Assembly: GCA_963702845.1 (NCBI GenBank)
Contig: OY969763.1
Location: 992,001-1,056,000, forward strand
Direction of reading: 5' to 3'
From: an uncultured Verrucomicrobiae bacterium
Lineage (GTDB): Bacteria > Verrucomicrobiota > Verrucomicrobiia > Limisphaerales > Palsa-1400
Length of the DNA stretch: 64,000 nt
Shown piece after piece: positions 1-13,834 of this stretch. The notes beneath the pieces are model-generated. The model saw nothing but the letters and a program-made list of their open reading frames with translations. It ran no database searches and was not told where the DNA came from. Made by a program: the position numbers and the translations under genes. Positions within the stretch are counted from its first letter, which is position 1, and the number at the start of each line of letters is the position of its first letter.

Positions 1-132
1 GAAGATTTTTCTGTCGAACCGTTTCAGCGTTTGGTCGTAAACGCGGTGTTTTGGTCGCTGGGCAAAACGCCTCCTGAAAAATGGCCGGGCAAACTCGATA
101 TCAACCTCTCTTACGAAAAGTCAAAAAAATGA
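1..132 (+). CDS. 3' end of a probable ThuA-like domain protein (partial)
   Basis: Frame 1 reads EDFSVEPFQRLVVNAVFWSLGK...EKSKK*, resembling the ThuA C-terminal DF..F.RL..NA..W motif. Its stop overlaps the next ATG (ATGA). Confidence 0.5.
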   Translation, partial: EDFSVEPFQRLVVNAVFWSLGKTPPEKWPGKLDINLSYEKSKK

Positions 133-3100
133 AATCTGTCCGTCGTCTGTTCGCCCTGTTGCTTCTGCCACTATCAGTTTTCGCCCACGAGAAGTTTGAA
201 CTCAAAGACAACGACATCGTTGCCTTTGTCGGCGGCACGTTCATGGAACGCGAGCAGGAGTATGGGGGCATCGAGCTCATGCTTACGCGTCATGCCATGG
301 ATAAAAACGTGACGTTCCGAAATCTCGGCTGGAGCGGCGATGTTGTCAGCAGCCACCTGAAAGGTTCCAGCGCACCTGAGCCGCGACAGAAATATGTGCC
401 CGACCTGTTCAGCTACGTGGGGAAAATCAAACCTACAGTAGTATTCGTCAGCTACGGCATGATGGAATCATTCGATGGGTCAAAGGGACTTGCGCAGTTT
501 ATCAAAGATTACAATACGGTGCTCGACAGATTGTCTGCTACTACGTCGCGAATCTATATAGTTTCGCCGATTCGCCACGAGGCACTTGGCGGCGCATGGC
601 CGAACCCTACAACACACAACGAAAACTTGCGTTTATATGTGGAAGCTTTGAAAACGCTAGCGGCTCTACGTGGTCTACCGTTTATCGATCTTTTCGACGG
701 CATGAAAGGTTCAGCGCTGACGAGCAATGGAGTTCATCTAAATTCAAAGGGCTACGTTGCTGCAGCAAATGCGATAGAAAAGCAACTCGACCTTAGTCGC
801 GGTGTCAGGCTTTCCCATGATTCCGAAGAACAACTTCGTTCGGCGATCAAGACGAAGAACAAGCAATTCTGGTACTTCTATCGTCCGATGAATTCCGAAT
901 ACGTCTACTCCGGCGGAACGCGTTTTCAGGACAAACTTGGTCCAGTGCAACATCCCATGAACGTGGAGTTGGATCAATTTTACGCACTCGCGCAAAAAGA
1001 CGATCAAGGCATCGACCAAATGAAGCGGGACATTGCTGCAGGAAAAAAACTCGCGCTCCCGCAACTCAAGAATGATCCCGAATCGGCCGGCAAAACTCGC
1101 CCTGTGCAACGTGATCCCTCCGCGCCTGACCCGGAGGAAGAACGGGCTTCATTCAAAGTTGCCGACGGATTGAAGGTCGAATTGTTTGCCGCCGACCCGC
1201 TGATTGCGAAACCCATTCAGATGGCGTTCGATGCACGTGGCCGGTTGTGGGTCGCGACGACCACGCGCTATCCACAAATCAAGCCGGGCGAAACGCAGGA
1301 CGACAAAGTCGTTATTCTGGAAGACAAAGATGGCGACGGGAAGGCCGATACCGCCACAGTGTTTGCCGACAATCTTTTGATTCCAACGGGAATGCTTCCG
1401 TCGCGTGACGGCTGTTACACAGCCGATGACACAAAAATTTGGTTTTTAAAAGACCCGAACAAAGTTGGTCACGTCACCGATCCTGAAATTGTGTTGTCCG
1501 GTTTCGGCACGGAAGATTCGCATCACAAAGCGCACGTGTTCCGCTGGGGACCCGGCGGAAATATCTATTTCAATCAAGGTGTGTTCCTGCATTCAGTTTT
1601 CGAAACCGCCTATGGAATCCGTCATCTCGCCGGCAACTGGAATCCTGGCATTTGGGAATACGATCCAGCCGATGGCCGCCTGGAAATTTACCTGGCGAAC
1701 AGCGTGCCGCCGAATCCGTGGGGACATTATTGGAATCGTTGGGGTTTCGATTTCCACATCGATTCATCGGGGCAGGGCGGGAGCTACTTGATTTTACCAA
1801 CGGCTGGCCGCGCCTCGACGGCAGTCGATGTCAGAGGTGGTGAAGGTAAACTGGCTGGCGCGGAACTCATCAGCGGGGATCATATTCCACCGGAGTGGCA
1901 AGGGACACTCATCAGCAATCCTTTCAAAGAAAATCGCGTTCACCACTGGGCCTTTCGCGAAGAAGGCGCCGGTTACGCCCTGAAACAACTGGAACCGCTT
2001 ATCATCTCGACGAACAACTCGTTTCGTCCTGTTGAGATCCGCATGGGCCCTGATGGAGCCATTTATATTGCTGACTGGTACAACCCGCTCATCGGCCACA
2101 TGCAATATCACTTCCGCGATCCGGGTCGTGATTTCATCCACGGTCGCATTTGGCGAATCACGTTCAAAGATCGTCCGCTGGCTAAACGTCCGGAGTTTCG
2201 CACGATCGCCGAGACTCTTAATCACCTGAAAGACACCGCGGATTACAATCGCATGCAAGCGCGGCGCGTTTTGACCGAGTCGAATCCGAAAGAAGTTTTG
2301 CCGGCGCTGGCAAAGTGGGTGAACGAACTCGACCCTAACGATACCAACTACGACCACCACCGCCTCGAAGCGCTTTGGGTGTATCAAAGCTGCAAGTCGG
2401 TGCAGCCGGAGCTCCTGAAGATCCTCCTGCGCACCAAAGAACCGAATGCCCGCGCCGCCGCAACGATCGTGTTGCGTTACTGGCGCGATCAAATCAGCGA
2501 CACGTTCGATCTCCTACGCACGCAAGTTGCCGATGAGCATCCCCGCGTTCGTTTGGAATCCGTGATCGCGCTCAGCTATATCAACGACGCACGCGCCGCT
2601 GAATTGGCGACCAAAGTCCTTGATCAACCAATGGACCGTTTTCTCGACCAAGCGCTCAAGAACACCATGCAGGCGCTCAAGCCGTATTGGCAAAGCGCGC
2701 TCCAAGCCGGCCAGCTTAGTTTCGATGGCAGTGCTCAGCGTCAGCAATATATGGTGCACCAGGCGGGTGGAACTGCGGCGAAATTCCCGAAGCACGTTCA
2801 GGACGCGCAATTCCTCAAAACACTCACACAGTCCAACGGCAATATAAAACCGCTCACGCAAGCCGAAATGGCCGAACTCATTTCGCAGGTTCGAACCAAA
2901 GGAGACCCCGTGCGCGGCGAAATTATTTTTCACCGCCAAAGCCTCAGTTGCATGCAATGCCATGCTATCAACGGCGCTGGCGGCCTGGTTGGACCTGACC
3001 TGGGCGGAATTGGGACCGGATCGACTGTGGACTACCTGATCGATTCCGTCCTCTTCCCGAGCAAGATCATCAAAGACAGCTTCGAAACACAGCAAGTTAC

Positions 3101-3725
3101 TACCAAAGATGGCGAAGACGTCATCGGCATCGAAGTCCGCGAGAACAAGGACGAACTGGTCCTCAAAGACAATACGCACCCGGAAATCGTCATTCCCACG
3201 GCGACGATCGAAAAGCGCGAGCATCGTCCGTTTTCTATGATGCCATCGGGTTTGGCCAGCACCCTGACGCATGCAGAATTTATCGACCTGATCCGATTCC
3301 TTTCCGAACTGGGCAAGCCTGGTCCTTACGCGAACAATTCCGCTCCGGTCGCACGGCGCTGGCAAATAGCTGCGCCGGTCCATTCAGATGTCGTTCCGAC
3401 AACTACCTCCGGCTTAAAATGGACACCGGCCTACAGCCATGTCTCCGGCCTTTTGCCCGTGGATGAGCTCGCAAAAACTCCGGCGCTGGCCCGTTGCGAG
3501 GTGGAAGTGACGAGCCCCGGCAAAGTTCAGTTACAATTGAATTCTGTTGAAGGTCTAAAACTTTGGGTCGACAACGAAAGCAAACCGCTCAAAAGCGCGA
3601 CAATTCTGGATCTGCAAAACGGAACCCATGCCTTCACGTTTTTTGTCGATGGCCAGCGCCACGAAGGTTTGCGCGCGCAGTTCGATGAAGTTTCCGAATC
3701 ATCGGCACATTTTCATATAAAATAG
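129..3725 (+). CDS. PVC-type heme-binding CxxCH protein with N-terminal SGNH/GDSL domain, beta-propeller dehydrogenase domain, HEAT repeats and cytochrome c domain
   Basis: Signal peptide from ATG129. Motifs: NLGWSGD and NGVHLN (SGNH); ELFAADPLIAKPIQMAFDARGRLWV, GPDGAIYIADWY, GRIWRI (PVC propeller); CMQCH...VGPDL...SMMP (heme c). Confidence 0.85.
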   Translation: MKSVRRLFALLLLPLSVFAHEKFELKDNDIVAFVGGTFMEREQEYGGIELMLTRHAMDKNVTFRNLGWSGDVVSSHLKGSSAPEPRQKYVPDLFSYVGKIKPTVVFVSYGMMESFDGSKGLAQFIKDYNTVLDRLSATTSRIYIVSPIRHEALGGAWPNPTTHNENLRLYVEALKTLAALRGLPFIDLFDGMKGSALTSNGVHLNSKGYVAAANAIEKQLDLSRGVRLSHDSEEQLRSAIKTKNKQFWYFYRPMNSEYVYSGGTRFQDKLGPVQHPMNVELDQFYALAQKDDQGIDQMKRDIAAGKKLALPQLKNDPESAGKTRPVQRDPSAPDPEEERASFKVADGLKVELFAADPLIAKPIQMAFDARGRLWVATTTRYPQIKPGETQDDKVVILEDKDGDGKADTATVFADNLLIPTGMLPSRDGCYTADDTKIWFLKDPNKVGHVTDPEIVLSGFGTEDSHHKAHVFRWGPGGNIYFNQGVFLHSVFETAYGIRHLAGNWNPGIWEYDPADGRLEIYLANSVPPNPWGHYWNRWGFDFHIDSSGQGGSYLILPTAGRASTAVDVRGGEGKLAGAELISGDHIPPEWQGTLISNPFKENRVHHWAFREEGAGYALKQLEPLIISTNNSFRPVEIRMGPDGAIYIADWYNPLIGHMQYHFRDPGRDFIHGRIWRITFKDRPLAKRPEFRTIAETLNHLKDTADYNRMQARRVLTESNPKEVLPALAKWVNELDPNDTNYDHHRLEALWVYQSCKSVQPELLKILLRTKEPNARAAATIVLRYWRDQISDTFDLLRTQVADEHPRVRLESVIALSYINDARAAELATKVLDQPMDRFLDQALKNTMQALKPYWQSALQAGQLSFDGSAQRQQYMVHQAGGTAAKFPKHVQDAQFLKTLTQSNGNIKPLTQAEMAELISQVRTKGDPVRGEIIFHRQSLSCMQCHAINGAGGLVGPDLGGIGTGSTVDYLIDSVLFPSKIIKDSFETQQVTTKDGEDVIGIEVRENKDELVLKDNTHPEIVIPTATIEKREHRPFSMMPSGLASTLTHAEFIDLIRFLSELGKPGPYANNSAPVARRWQIAAPVHSDVVPTTTSGLKWTPAYSHVSGLLPVDELAKTPALARCEVEVTSPGKVQLQLNSVEGLKLWVDNESKPLKSATILDLQNGTHAFTFFVDGQRHEGLRAQFDEVSESSAHFHIK

Positions 3726-3779
3726 CGAGACTGGAGCGCGGTATTCATGCGCTTCAATGCATTAAATGACTCGTTGCCC

Positions 3780-3808
3780 TTGTCAGTGGCGCGCATGTCT
3801 CGTATTCT
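3780..3808 (+). promoter_or_regulatory. sigma70-type promoter, probably leaderless
   Basis: TTGTCA-17nt-TATTCT followed 7 nt later by ATG3816. Confidence 0.6.
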
Positions 3809-3815
3809 TTGCAAC

Positions 3816-4808
3816 ATGCTAAAATACTGTCTTTCCGCGCTCCTCTTTTTGGCGGTTGCGGCTTCAGCGGCAACGGTGCAATTGCGGGACAAAGCCAGCG
3901 TTACCGGGACGATTCTCGCCGAAAAACACGATCAGGTTATCGTCGATCTCGGCTATACCGTCCTTTCAATTCCGCGCACTCAGGTCATGAAAATTTTGTC
4001 GGAAGATGTCGCGCCGGAGAAAAGTTCTTCAAAGACTTCGAAATCTTCCCCGAAAGCGCCCGTCACAACCGAGAAAGGGTTCAAAACAATTTTCACCACC
4101 TCGGCGACCCCGCCCAGAGAACGCAGCGTTCGTGAACTCGTCACCGTGCTTGGTGAATCCGTCGTGCAAGTGCGCACGCCCGGTGGACTTGGCTCCGGCT
4201 TTTTCATTAACGAAGACGGTTATCTCATTACGAACTTCCACGTGACCGAAGGCGAGACCCAGATTTCCATCGAAGTGTATCATACAAAAAATGGCGAACT
4301 GGAACGCAAGATTTACAAACAGATCCGTATCGTTGCGCTGAACAAATTCGCCGACCTTGCGTTGCTGAAAGTCGAAGACAAGGACGCAGGTAAATTTGTG
4401 CCGGTCGCATTGGGTGATTCGGAACAACTGGCGGTGGGCGAACGCGTATTCGCAATTGGCAGTCCGCTCGGCCTGGAACGCACTGTGACCGAGGGCATCA
4501 TCAGCACCAAGACGCGTCAGTTCCAAGGCGACCTTTATCTGCAAACGACCGCGCAGATCAACCCGGGTAACAGCGGTGGCCCGCTTTTCAATATGCGCGG
4601 CGAAGTCGTCGGCGTGACGAATATGAAAATCACGTTTGGCGAGGGATTGGGCTTTGCCATCCCCATCGAGGCCGTCAAATTTTTCCTCATTCACCGCGAC
4701 TCGTTTTCCTACGACAACGACAATCCGAGCAACGCCTACCGTTACCTCGAACCGCCGAGTCGCGCCCGTAAGGCCCTGACGGACCAGGCGAGCGGCACGC
4801 ACGACTGA
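3816..4808 (+). CDS. secreted trypsin-like serine protease (HtrA/S1C-like, no PDZ domain)
   Basis: Signal peptide and triad motifs TNFHV, DLALL, GNSGGP. The protein ends shortly after the protease domain. Confidence 0.85.
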   Translation: MLKYCLSALLFLAVAASAATVQLRDKASVTGTILAEKHDQVIVDLGYTVLSIPRTQVMKILSEDVAPEKSSSKTSKSSPKAPVTTEKGFKTIFTTSATPPRERSVRELVTVLGESVVQVRTPGGLGSGFFINEDGYLITNFHVTEGETQISIEVYHTKNGELERKIYKQIRIVALNKFADLALLKVEDKDAGKFVPVALGDSEQLAVGERVFAIGSPLGLERTVTEGIISTKTRQFQGDLYLQTTAQINPGNSGGPLFNMRGEVVGVTNMKITFGEGLGFAIPIEAVKFFLIHRDSFSYDNDNPSNAYRYLEPPSRARKALTDQASGTHD

Positions 4809-4978
4809 TGCCACATCAGCTCCGATGCTGAGGCAGATAAGTCATCTGGCTTGACCTTAAAGTTCGACGTCGAAGCGGCTCGGAAGGCACGCTCCGAGGA
4901 CAATTCTGTTCGATTTCTGGACACAACTTCGGGTAAAAATACCACCTGAAAACTTTCTTAACCTTAATTGCGAAAGGT

Positions 4979-5779
4979 TTGTTCCTTCTTTCCTTTTTGG
5001 CGCGGCGTTTGCTAAATAAGCGCCCGAACGTGAAGAATTTAAGAAAGTTTTTTCGCCTCATTTCGAGCAATGAACCGGCGATCCAACCAGAAACTATCGA
5101 AATTCACTCCCATCGCATGCCTATCGTCTTCCGGCGGCATGCGCGCGCGCGCAACTACGTGTTGCGTCTTCACTGGAACAAAACGGTAGTCGTCACGATG
5201 CCGAAAAGCGGGTCCAGAAAATTCGCTGAGCAATTTGTGAACAGCCGCAAAGCGTGGCTGGAGCGGCAGTGGAAAGTGCTCGAATCGCGCAACATCCCGC
5301 CGCACGTCCTTAAACCCGGCATGGAAGTTCTTTTCCGTGGTCGTCCCGTGACGCTCGACGTGGCCAAGCAGGGCGCAGAGTGGCAGGTCAGTTATGGCAC
5401 CCAAGGGTTTTCGATTCCCGCGCCGCCGCAGAATTTACGGCCGTTCATTGAAGCGCACATGTTCGAGTTGGCGCAGCAGGAACTGGTGCAGCGCGTCGAG
5501 ACTTTGGCGCGAGAACATGGCGCGCGTGTCGCTCGTGTGGTGGTGCGCAATCAGAAAAGCCGCTGGGGTTCTTGCTCGTATAACGGAACAATTTCTTTGA
5601 ACTGGCGGTTGATCCAGTTGCCCGCTCCGGTGCGCGATTACATTATCGTCCACGAACTGATGCACCTTCGTGAGTTGAACCATTCCCAACGTTTCTGGAA
5701 CCACGTTGAACGCGCCTGCCCGAATTATCAAGGTGCGGAAGATTGGCTTAAGCAGAACTCCGGCCTGGTCGGCTTCTAA
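4979..5779 (+). CDS. YgjP/DUF45 (SprT-like) zinc-dependent hydrolase; start uncertain
   Basis: QKSRWGSCS..G.ISLNWRL, DYIIVHELMHLRELNHS..FW. Confidence 0.85.
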   Translation: MFLLSFLARRLLNKRPNVKNLRKFFRLISSNEPAIQPETIEIHSHRMPIVFRRHARARNYVLRLHWNKTVVVTMPKSGSRKFAEQFVNSRKAWLERQWKVLESRNIPPHVLKPGMEVLFRGRPVTLDVAKQGAEWQVSYGTQGFSIPAPPQNLRPFIEAHMFELAQQELVQRVETLAREHGARVARVVVRNQKSRWGSCSYNGTISLNWRLIQLPAPVRDYIIVHELMHLRELNHSQRFWNHVERACPNYQGAEDWLKQNSGLVGF

Positions 5780-6769
5780 CTACAAAACAATCCGCGGTCC
5801 CTCATCGGTCCACTCGAGTTTCGCCAAGTGGAATTGCCGCGCTTTCATGTCGGCGTCCCACGCGTGGAAGGCGACATATTCGGTTTTGTTATCCGGCCCG
5901 ATAACAATTGAAATGTGCCCCGGGCCAATAAGTTCCGGACTCGTCCTCATGACACGCGGACCGTTCTCGCTTCCAGCGCCGTCATAAGGCCCGAGCACGT
6001 TATCCGCGACCCCATAATCAACTCCGTAGGTGTCATTCTCGTAGCAACCGCCACTGTAAAAACAATAGTAGCGTCCATCATGCTTGCGAACGCACGGCCC
6101 TTCCAACGTGTGCCAGTCGAACGTGCCACCATACATTGGCATGTATCGGTTGCCTTTGAATAGTTGCCAATCGCAACGCGAACGCATCACCACACGTTCT
6201 TCACCGGCCAGCTTTGTCATGTTGATTATCCGGTCAACCACCAGTCCGGTGCCGGCGCGAAAACTGTTGTCAGTGCCCAGAAAATCGCGCGCGTAAAACA
6301 GATACCACTGCCCGTTGTCGTCACGGAACGCGTGAGAGTCGATCGCGAACGGGCATTGTTCCGGATGCTCCATCAGATATCCGACGTCATCGTAAGGGCC
6401 GCCAGGATTTTTGCTGCGCGCAGCTCGCAGCCGATGTTTCAACGCAGCACCCTCAGTATTGACCGAATAATACAAATAGAAGAACTGCCCGTCGTAGGCC
6501 GTTTCTGGTGCCCAGAACTCGCCGCCTTTCAGCGAATCGGGAACGCGCAGTGCGCCACCAATTGATTTCCAGTCCCAAAAGTTTTGTGAGCGTAAAATGG
6601 GAAAGGCCAATTCCTGCCCATTAATTTTTGCGCTCGTCATGTCCTCAGCATCGGCGTGATCGCTTGGAATCACCGGCCCAGTGCCCACCGCGTAGTATTC
6701 TCGATTGAACTTCCAGGCAAATGGATCGGCGAAATAGTTCCCGTAAACAGCTTGGCGTAATGTGAGCAT
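5780..6769 (-). CDS. glycoside hydrolase family 43 protein
   Basis: FADP, FWAPE, AIDSHAF.DD.G.WYL, LEGP, GPGH motifs. Confidence 0.85.
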   Translation of the reverse strand: MLTLRQAVYGNYFADPFAWKFNREYYAVGTGPVIPSDHADAEDMTSAKINGQELAFPILRSQNFWDWKSIGGALRVPDSLKGGEFWAPETAYDGQFFYLYYSVNTEGAALKHRLRAARSKNPGGPYDDVGYLMEHPEQCPFAIDSHAFRDDNGQWYLFYARDFLGTDNSFRAGTGLVVDRIINMTKLAGEERVVMRSRCDWQLFKGNRYMPMYGGTFDWHTLEGPCVRKHDGRYYCFYSGGCYENDTYGVDYGVADNVLGPYDGAGSENGPRVMRTSPELIGPGHISIVIGPDNKTEYVAFHAWDADMKARQFHLAKLEWTDEGPRIVL

Positions 6770-6816
6770 CCCGTTTGTAATCTACTCAGGAAGCGCCGAT
6801 TGCCAAATGCGTTCGC

Positions 6817-6845
6817 TTGACGGCGTCGGGGCAGGGGACTACGGT
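6817..6845 (+). promoter_or_regulatory. sigma70-type promoter for the TPP riboswitch-thiC transcript
   Basis: TTGACG-17nt-TACGGT immediately before the riboswitch. Confidence 0.55.
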
Positions 6846-6848
6846 TGC

Positions 6849-6949
6849 GACGTGCGGGGAGCCTTGCCTTTTGGCGCTGGCTGAGAGTCTTCTACAAGAA
6901 GAGACCCGTTGAACCTGATCCAGGTAATGCTGGCGAAGGGATGCACGTC
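6849..6949 (+). ncRNA. TPP (THI-box) riboswitch
   Basis: GGGGAGCC...GGCTGAGA...ACCCGTTGAACCTGATCCAGGTAATGCTGGCGAAGGGA, with P1 GACGTGC/GCACGTC. It lies directly upstream of thiC. Confidence 0.95.
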
Positions 6950-6980
6950 CTCGTTCACCCTTTCGCCGCCAAAGGAAACT

Positions 6981-10183
<3,203 letters not shown>

Positions 10184-10236
10184 AGTTTATTATACACCGC
10201 GCCCGCCTTCGCGCAAAATCACCGCGTGGCAACTCC

Positions 10237-11213
10237 TTAATGCATTGCAGGTTCTTCGTCAGCGCAGCAGCGTTGCACCTCGATGCTGACGTGCACGAGT
10301 TCCTCGTGTTCTGCGAGCATTCTTTGTAGGCCTCGACCGTTTTTGGCTCGTGTGCGACGACGGAAATAATGGCAGCGAATTTGTGCACGCCCAATTGCCA
10401 GATGTGGAGGTCGGCAATGCGGCTGTCGCCATCGCCTTCGATGGCTTTGTGAATTTCTTCATTGAGATCGCTGTCGTGCGGTTCTTTATCGAGCAAGAAT
10501 GATGTTTGTTTGACGAACAAGGCTGTAGGCCCATTGCGCAATGACGACCGCGCCGACAATACCCATAGTTGGATCAAGCCACATCCAGCCAAAAAATTTT
10601 CCACCGGTCAACGCAACGATGGCGAGCAGCGACGTGATTGCGTCGGCGATGACGTGCACGTAGGCGGCGCGTAAGTTGAGGTCGTGATGATGTCCATGCC
10701 CGTGACGTGATGACCATGGTCGTGGTCGTGACCGTGGTGATGTGACCAGGCCATGGCTGTGCGCATCGCTGAGCATCCAGGCGCTGACGACGTTGACGGC
10801 AAGACCGACACACGCGACGACGATGGCTTCATTAAAATGAATCTCGAGCGGGATGGAGCAGTCGATCGACCGATTCAATCACCATGAATATGCCAATGAT
10901 GACGAGCACAATCGCACTGGTGAATGCGCCAAGCACAGCGACTTTGCCGGTGCCGAAACTGAACTGCGGGATCGTTGGCATGACGGCGCGTGAAGAAATA
11001 CGCGCCTGCGGCAATCAAAAATGCAGCCACGTGCGTGCCCATGTGGCAGCCGTCAGCGAAGAGCGCCATCGAATGCAGTTTCAGGCCGCCGACGATCTCC
11101 GCGATCATCATGACGATCGTCAGCATCAGCACGCGACGAGTGCTTTTTTCAGCAAGTTCAAATTCACCAATGTAGTTGTGGTGATGCTTCCATTTGGAGA
11201 TGTCCGAATGCAT
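10237..11213 (-). CDS. dmeF: CDF family Co(II)/Ni(II) efflux transporter DmeF-like (frameshifted)
   Basis: SMALFADGCHMGTH, FSFGTGKV, His-rich loop, HDLNLRAAYVHVIADA, DLHIWQLG, HEELVHVSIEV. Confidence 0.8.
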
Positions 11214-11219
11214 GAGCGA

Positions 11220-11996
11220 TTATTTGAGAGCGAGGTGCAGAATGAATGTGAGCGCGGCGATCAATCCGATGCCTCCAAAGAAATTCATCAGAACCAGTCC
11301 TTTGTGATGTCTAACAATCTCGCCGAGAATGGCGTGTGCCGCCAGATAGATGAAACCGCCGCCAGCATTGGCCAACGCAAAGGCGACCCAGAAGCTCGAT
11401 GCGTTCACAAGAAAAATTGCTCCGATCACGCCTCCAAGGATGGTGGTGGATTCAACGGCGGTGACACGCACAAGTGCTACTCCCGGTTTCAAGCCCGCGC
11501 CGAGGAGCAACGAACCGAGCGCCAGGCCTTCGGGGATTTTATGAACACAAATCGCAAGCACGATCGAGATGCTGACAATGCGCGCCTGCTGGGCATCACC
11601 ATTGGATTGGTGTCCTGCTGCGATGGCCAGACCGTCCATCGCACAGTGGATCGCCAGCGCGACGGTCATGGCGAGCGCGATTTCGCTGAACCGATGCGTG
11701 GTTGCTTCGTCAAAGTGACTTGCCGCGCAAGCAGGGCAGACGTGGAATACGTATTTTGTGACGATGAAAAACAACGCGTAACCGGAAACCAGGGCGACAA
11801 TCAACATGCCCCAGTTCAACGCCTGAACTGTTTCCGGCAAAATGTCGAAGAGGGTGACTCCAAGCAGCGTGCCGGCCCCGAGGCTGATCAGCGCGCACAA
11901 CCGGCGATGCGACCGTCCCATAAGCGTGCCGATGAGGCCGCCCACGATGGACAGTGCAAATGCAATGAATGTTTCCGCGATTGTAATTGCCGACAT
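11220..11996 (-). CDS. ZIP family metal transporter
   Basis: Multi-TM protein with AIHCAMDG and CVHKIPEG ZIP motifs, plus an HVCPACAASH loop. Confidence 0.8.
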   Translation of the reverse strand: MSAITIAETFIAFALSIVGGLIGTLMGRSHRRLCALISLGAGTLLGVTLFDILPETVQALNWGMLIVALVSGYALFFIVTKYVFHVCPACAASHFDEATTHRFSEIALAMTVALAIHCAMDGLAIAAGHQSNGDAQQARIVSISIVLAICVHKIPEGLALGSLLLGAGLKPGVALVRVTAVESTTILGGVIGAIFLVNASSFWVAFALANAGGGFIYLAAHAILGEIVRHHKGLVLMNFFGGIGLIAALTFILHLALK

Positions 11997-11999
11997 ATT

Positions 12000-12885
12000 T
12001 TAGTGCCGCCGGTTCGCCGTCGTTTCCTTGTGTCGCAGCGGGCATCGGTTCCGTTTCGTTTTTCGGGCCGCTGCGGCGCAGTCCTGCGATTATCATAGTG
12101 ACGAGCAAACACGCGCCCAGCACACAAACAATGGCGGCCCCTGTCGGCAAGTCGAACCTGTACGACGAATAAAGACCGACGACACTGCCCAGTGTAGCAA
12201 TGCTCCAGCCAATCGCCAGCAGGATGCCGAGGCGGCGGGCGAGGAAGTTGGCGCAGACCGCGGGAATGATCAAATACGAAAATACCAACAGAACGCCGCC
12301 GATTTGAACGAAGCTGGTCACGGCCCAACCGAAGATTGCGTAGAACAGGAAGTCCCACCAATGAATTGACATGCCACTGGCGGCCGCACGATCGGGTTCG
12401 AATGAAATGGCAAAGAATTTTTTGCGGAAAATAAAATGCACAATCGCCAGCGCGACGTAGAGACCGAAGGTGCGGAGGATCTGGTTCGGTGAAACAAGGA
12501 GAACATCGCCGATGAGTGAACGGCGCAGTTCTTCATTTCCCTCGGCGTTATTGCTGAGGAGCAGGATACCGGCGGCTGCCGCGACGACGTAGACAATTCC
12601 GATGAGCGCTTCCTGCGGCACACGATGGCTTTGCGTGCGCGTGAGTGTAAAAATCGCCGCGCCGACGAGAGTGAATCCAAGCGAGAGACAATAGTTCTGC
12701 CATGATAATGGCTCGAAGTGCTGGAGAATACCCAGCGCACTGCCGAGTGCGGCTACTTGCGCGAGCGCGAGATCGACGAAAATAATTTCGCGACGGACGA
12801 TGTGCAGGCCGAGATACACCAACAGCCCCGGCAGGAGCAGGCAGGCGATGATCGGCCACTTCATTACTTCGAGGGCTTCGTTCAT
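12000..12885 (-). CDS. metal ABC transporter permease (ZnuB/MntB family); 3' end uncertain
   Basis: LGLHIVRREIIFVDLALAQVAALG, EALIGIVY, GVLLVFSYLIIPA. The ORF as sequenced runs on to 11710 over the ZIP gene, suggesting an indel near the end. Confidence 0.8.
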
Positions 12886-12919
12886 TTGAAAGTTTTCTAG
12901 TTTCAGTTTTCAGAGCCGA

Positions 12920-13816
12920 CTACTTCGTTGCGGCGAACGCTTTGGCGAGGGAGTTAACCAAGCCATCGATCCAAGTGGTGTAGCTTTCGTCGTTGGTGGG
13001 GAAAGTTGGGAAATCGACTACTGTTGCGTCGGTGTGATGGGCAACGGTTTCTGCCGTCTTCCGGTTTTGATATGGCTGTACCACGATGACCTTGACGCTA
13101 TCCTCTTTCATCCGGGTAATGACTTCGGCGAGGTGCGCGGGCGTGGGCGGGATGCCGGGTTTGGGTTCGAGGAACAGGTCCATTTTCAATCCGAACCGTT
13201 GCGCGAAGTAAGGCCACATATTGTGGTAGCTCACGACTTCTTTGCCTTTATAAGGAGCAAGAGTTTTCTCCCACCCGACGAGTTTTGCATCCAGCTCAGC
13301 ATTGAATTTCTTCAGGTTTGCGCGGAACTCATTGCATGACTTGGGATCCAGTTGGCAGAACGAATTGGCGATGTGCTCGGCGACGATTTTTCCATTAGCC
13401 GGATCGCTCATGTAATGGGGATTGCCGGAGGCGTGAACGTCGCCGCGCGAGCGGTCAAGTGTCGTTGGCACTTCGAGCAGGCTGATGCCTTCCGCGCCCA
13501 TGATGTGGCCCGGTTTGCCAGTTTCGAGTTTCGAATTGCGCGAACCTTCGACAAGAGGAGGCAGCCAGCCGAGTTCCAGTTCCGCGCCGCCTTCGATGAC
13601 TACGTCGGCACGATTTAATTTCACGATCAGACTCGGTTTGGCGTCCACGAAATGCGGATCTTCCGTAGGCTTTGCGAGAACGGTGACAGTCACAGCGTCT
13701 CCGCCGATGGCTCGTGCGATTGCGCCAAAATCGCCGGTGGCGGCAACGACGTTCAATTTCGCCTGTGAAGCGAAGGCCAGGCTGGCCAGACAGATTGTGG
13801 TAAAAAGTTTTTTCAT
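12920..13816 (-). CDS. metal ABC transporter substrate-binding protein (ZnuA/TroA family)
   Basis: Signal peptide, EDPHF, GDVHASGNPHY, SYH..PYFA.RFG, EPKPGIPPTPAHL. Confidence 0.88.
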   Translation of the reverse strand: MKKLFTTICLASLAFASQAKLNVVAATGDFGAIARAIGGDAVTVTVLAKPTEDPHFVDAKPSLIVKLNRADVVIEGGAELELGWLPPLVEGSRNSKLETGKPGHIMGAEGISLLEVPTTLDRSRGDVHASGNPHYMSDPANGKIVAEHIANSFCQLDPKSCNEFRANLKKFNAELDAKLVGWEKTLAPYKGKEVVSYHNMWPYFAQRFGLKMDLFLEPKPGIPPTPAHLAEVITRMKEDSVKVIVVQPYQNRKTAETVAHHTDATVVDFPTFPTNDESYTTWIDGLVNSLAKAFAATK

Positions 13817-13834
13817 ATTCGTTTGTTCTCCTTG

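Noticed and set aside
11710..11999. Genuine C-terminal extension of the ABC permease overlapping the ZIP gene
   Set aside because: The extension is an Arg/His-rich off-frame read of the ZIP gene, and an alternative stop sits at 12000-12002.
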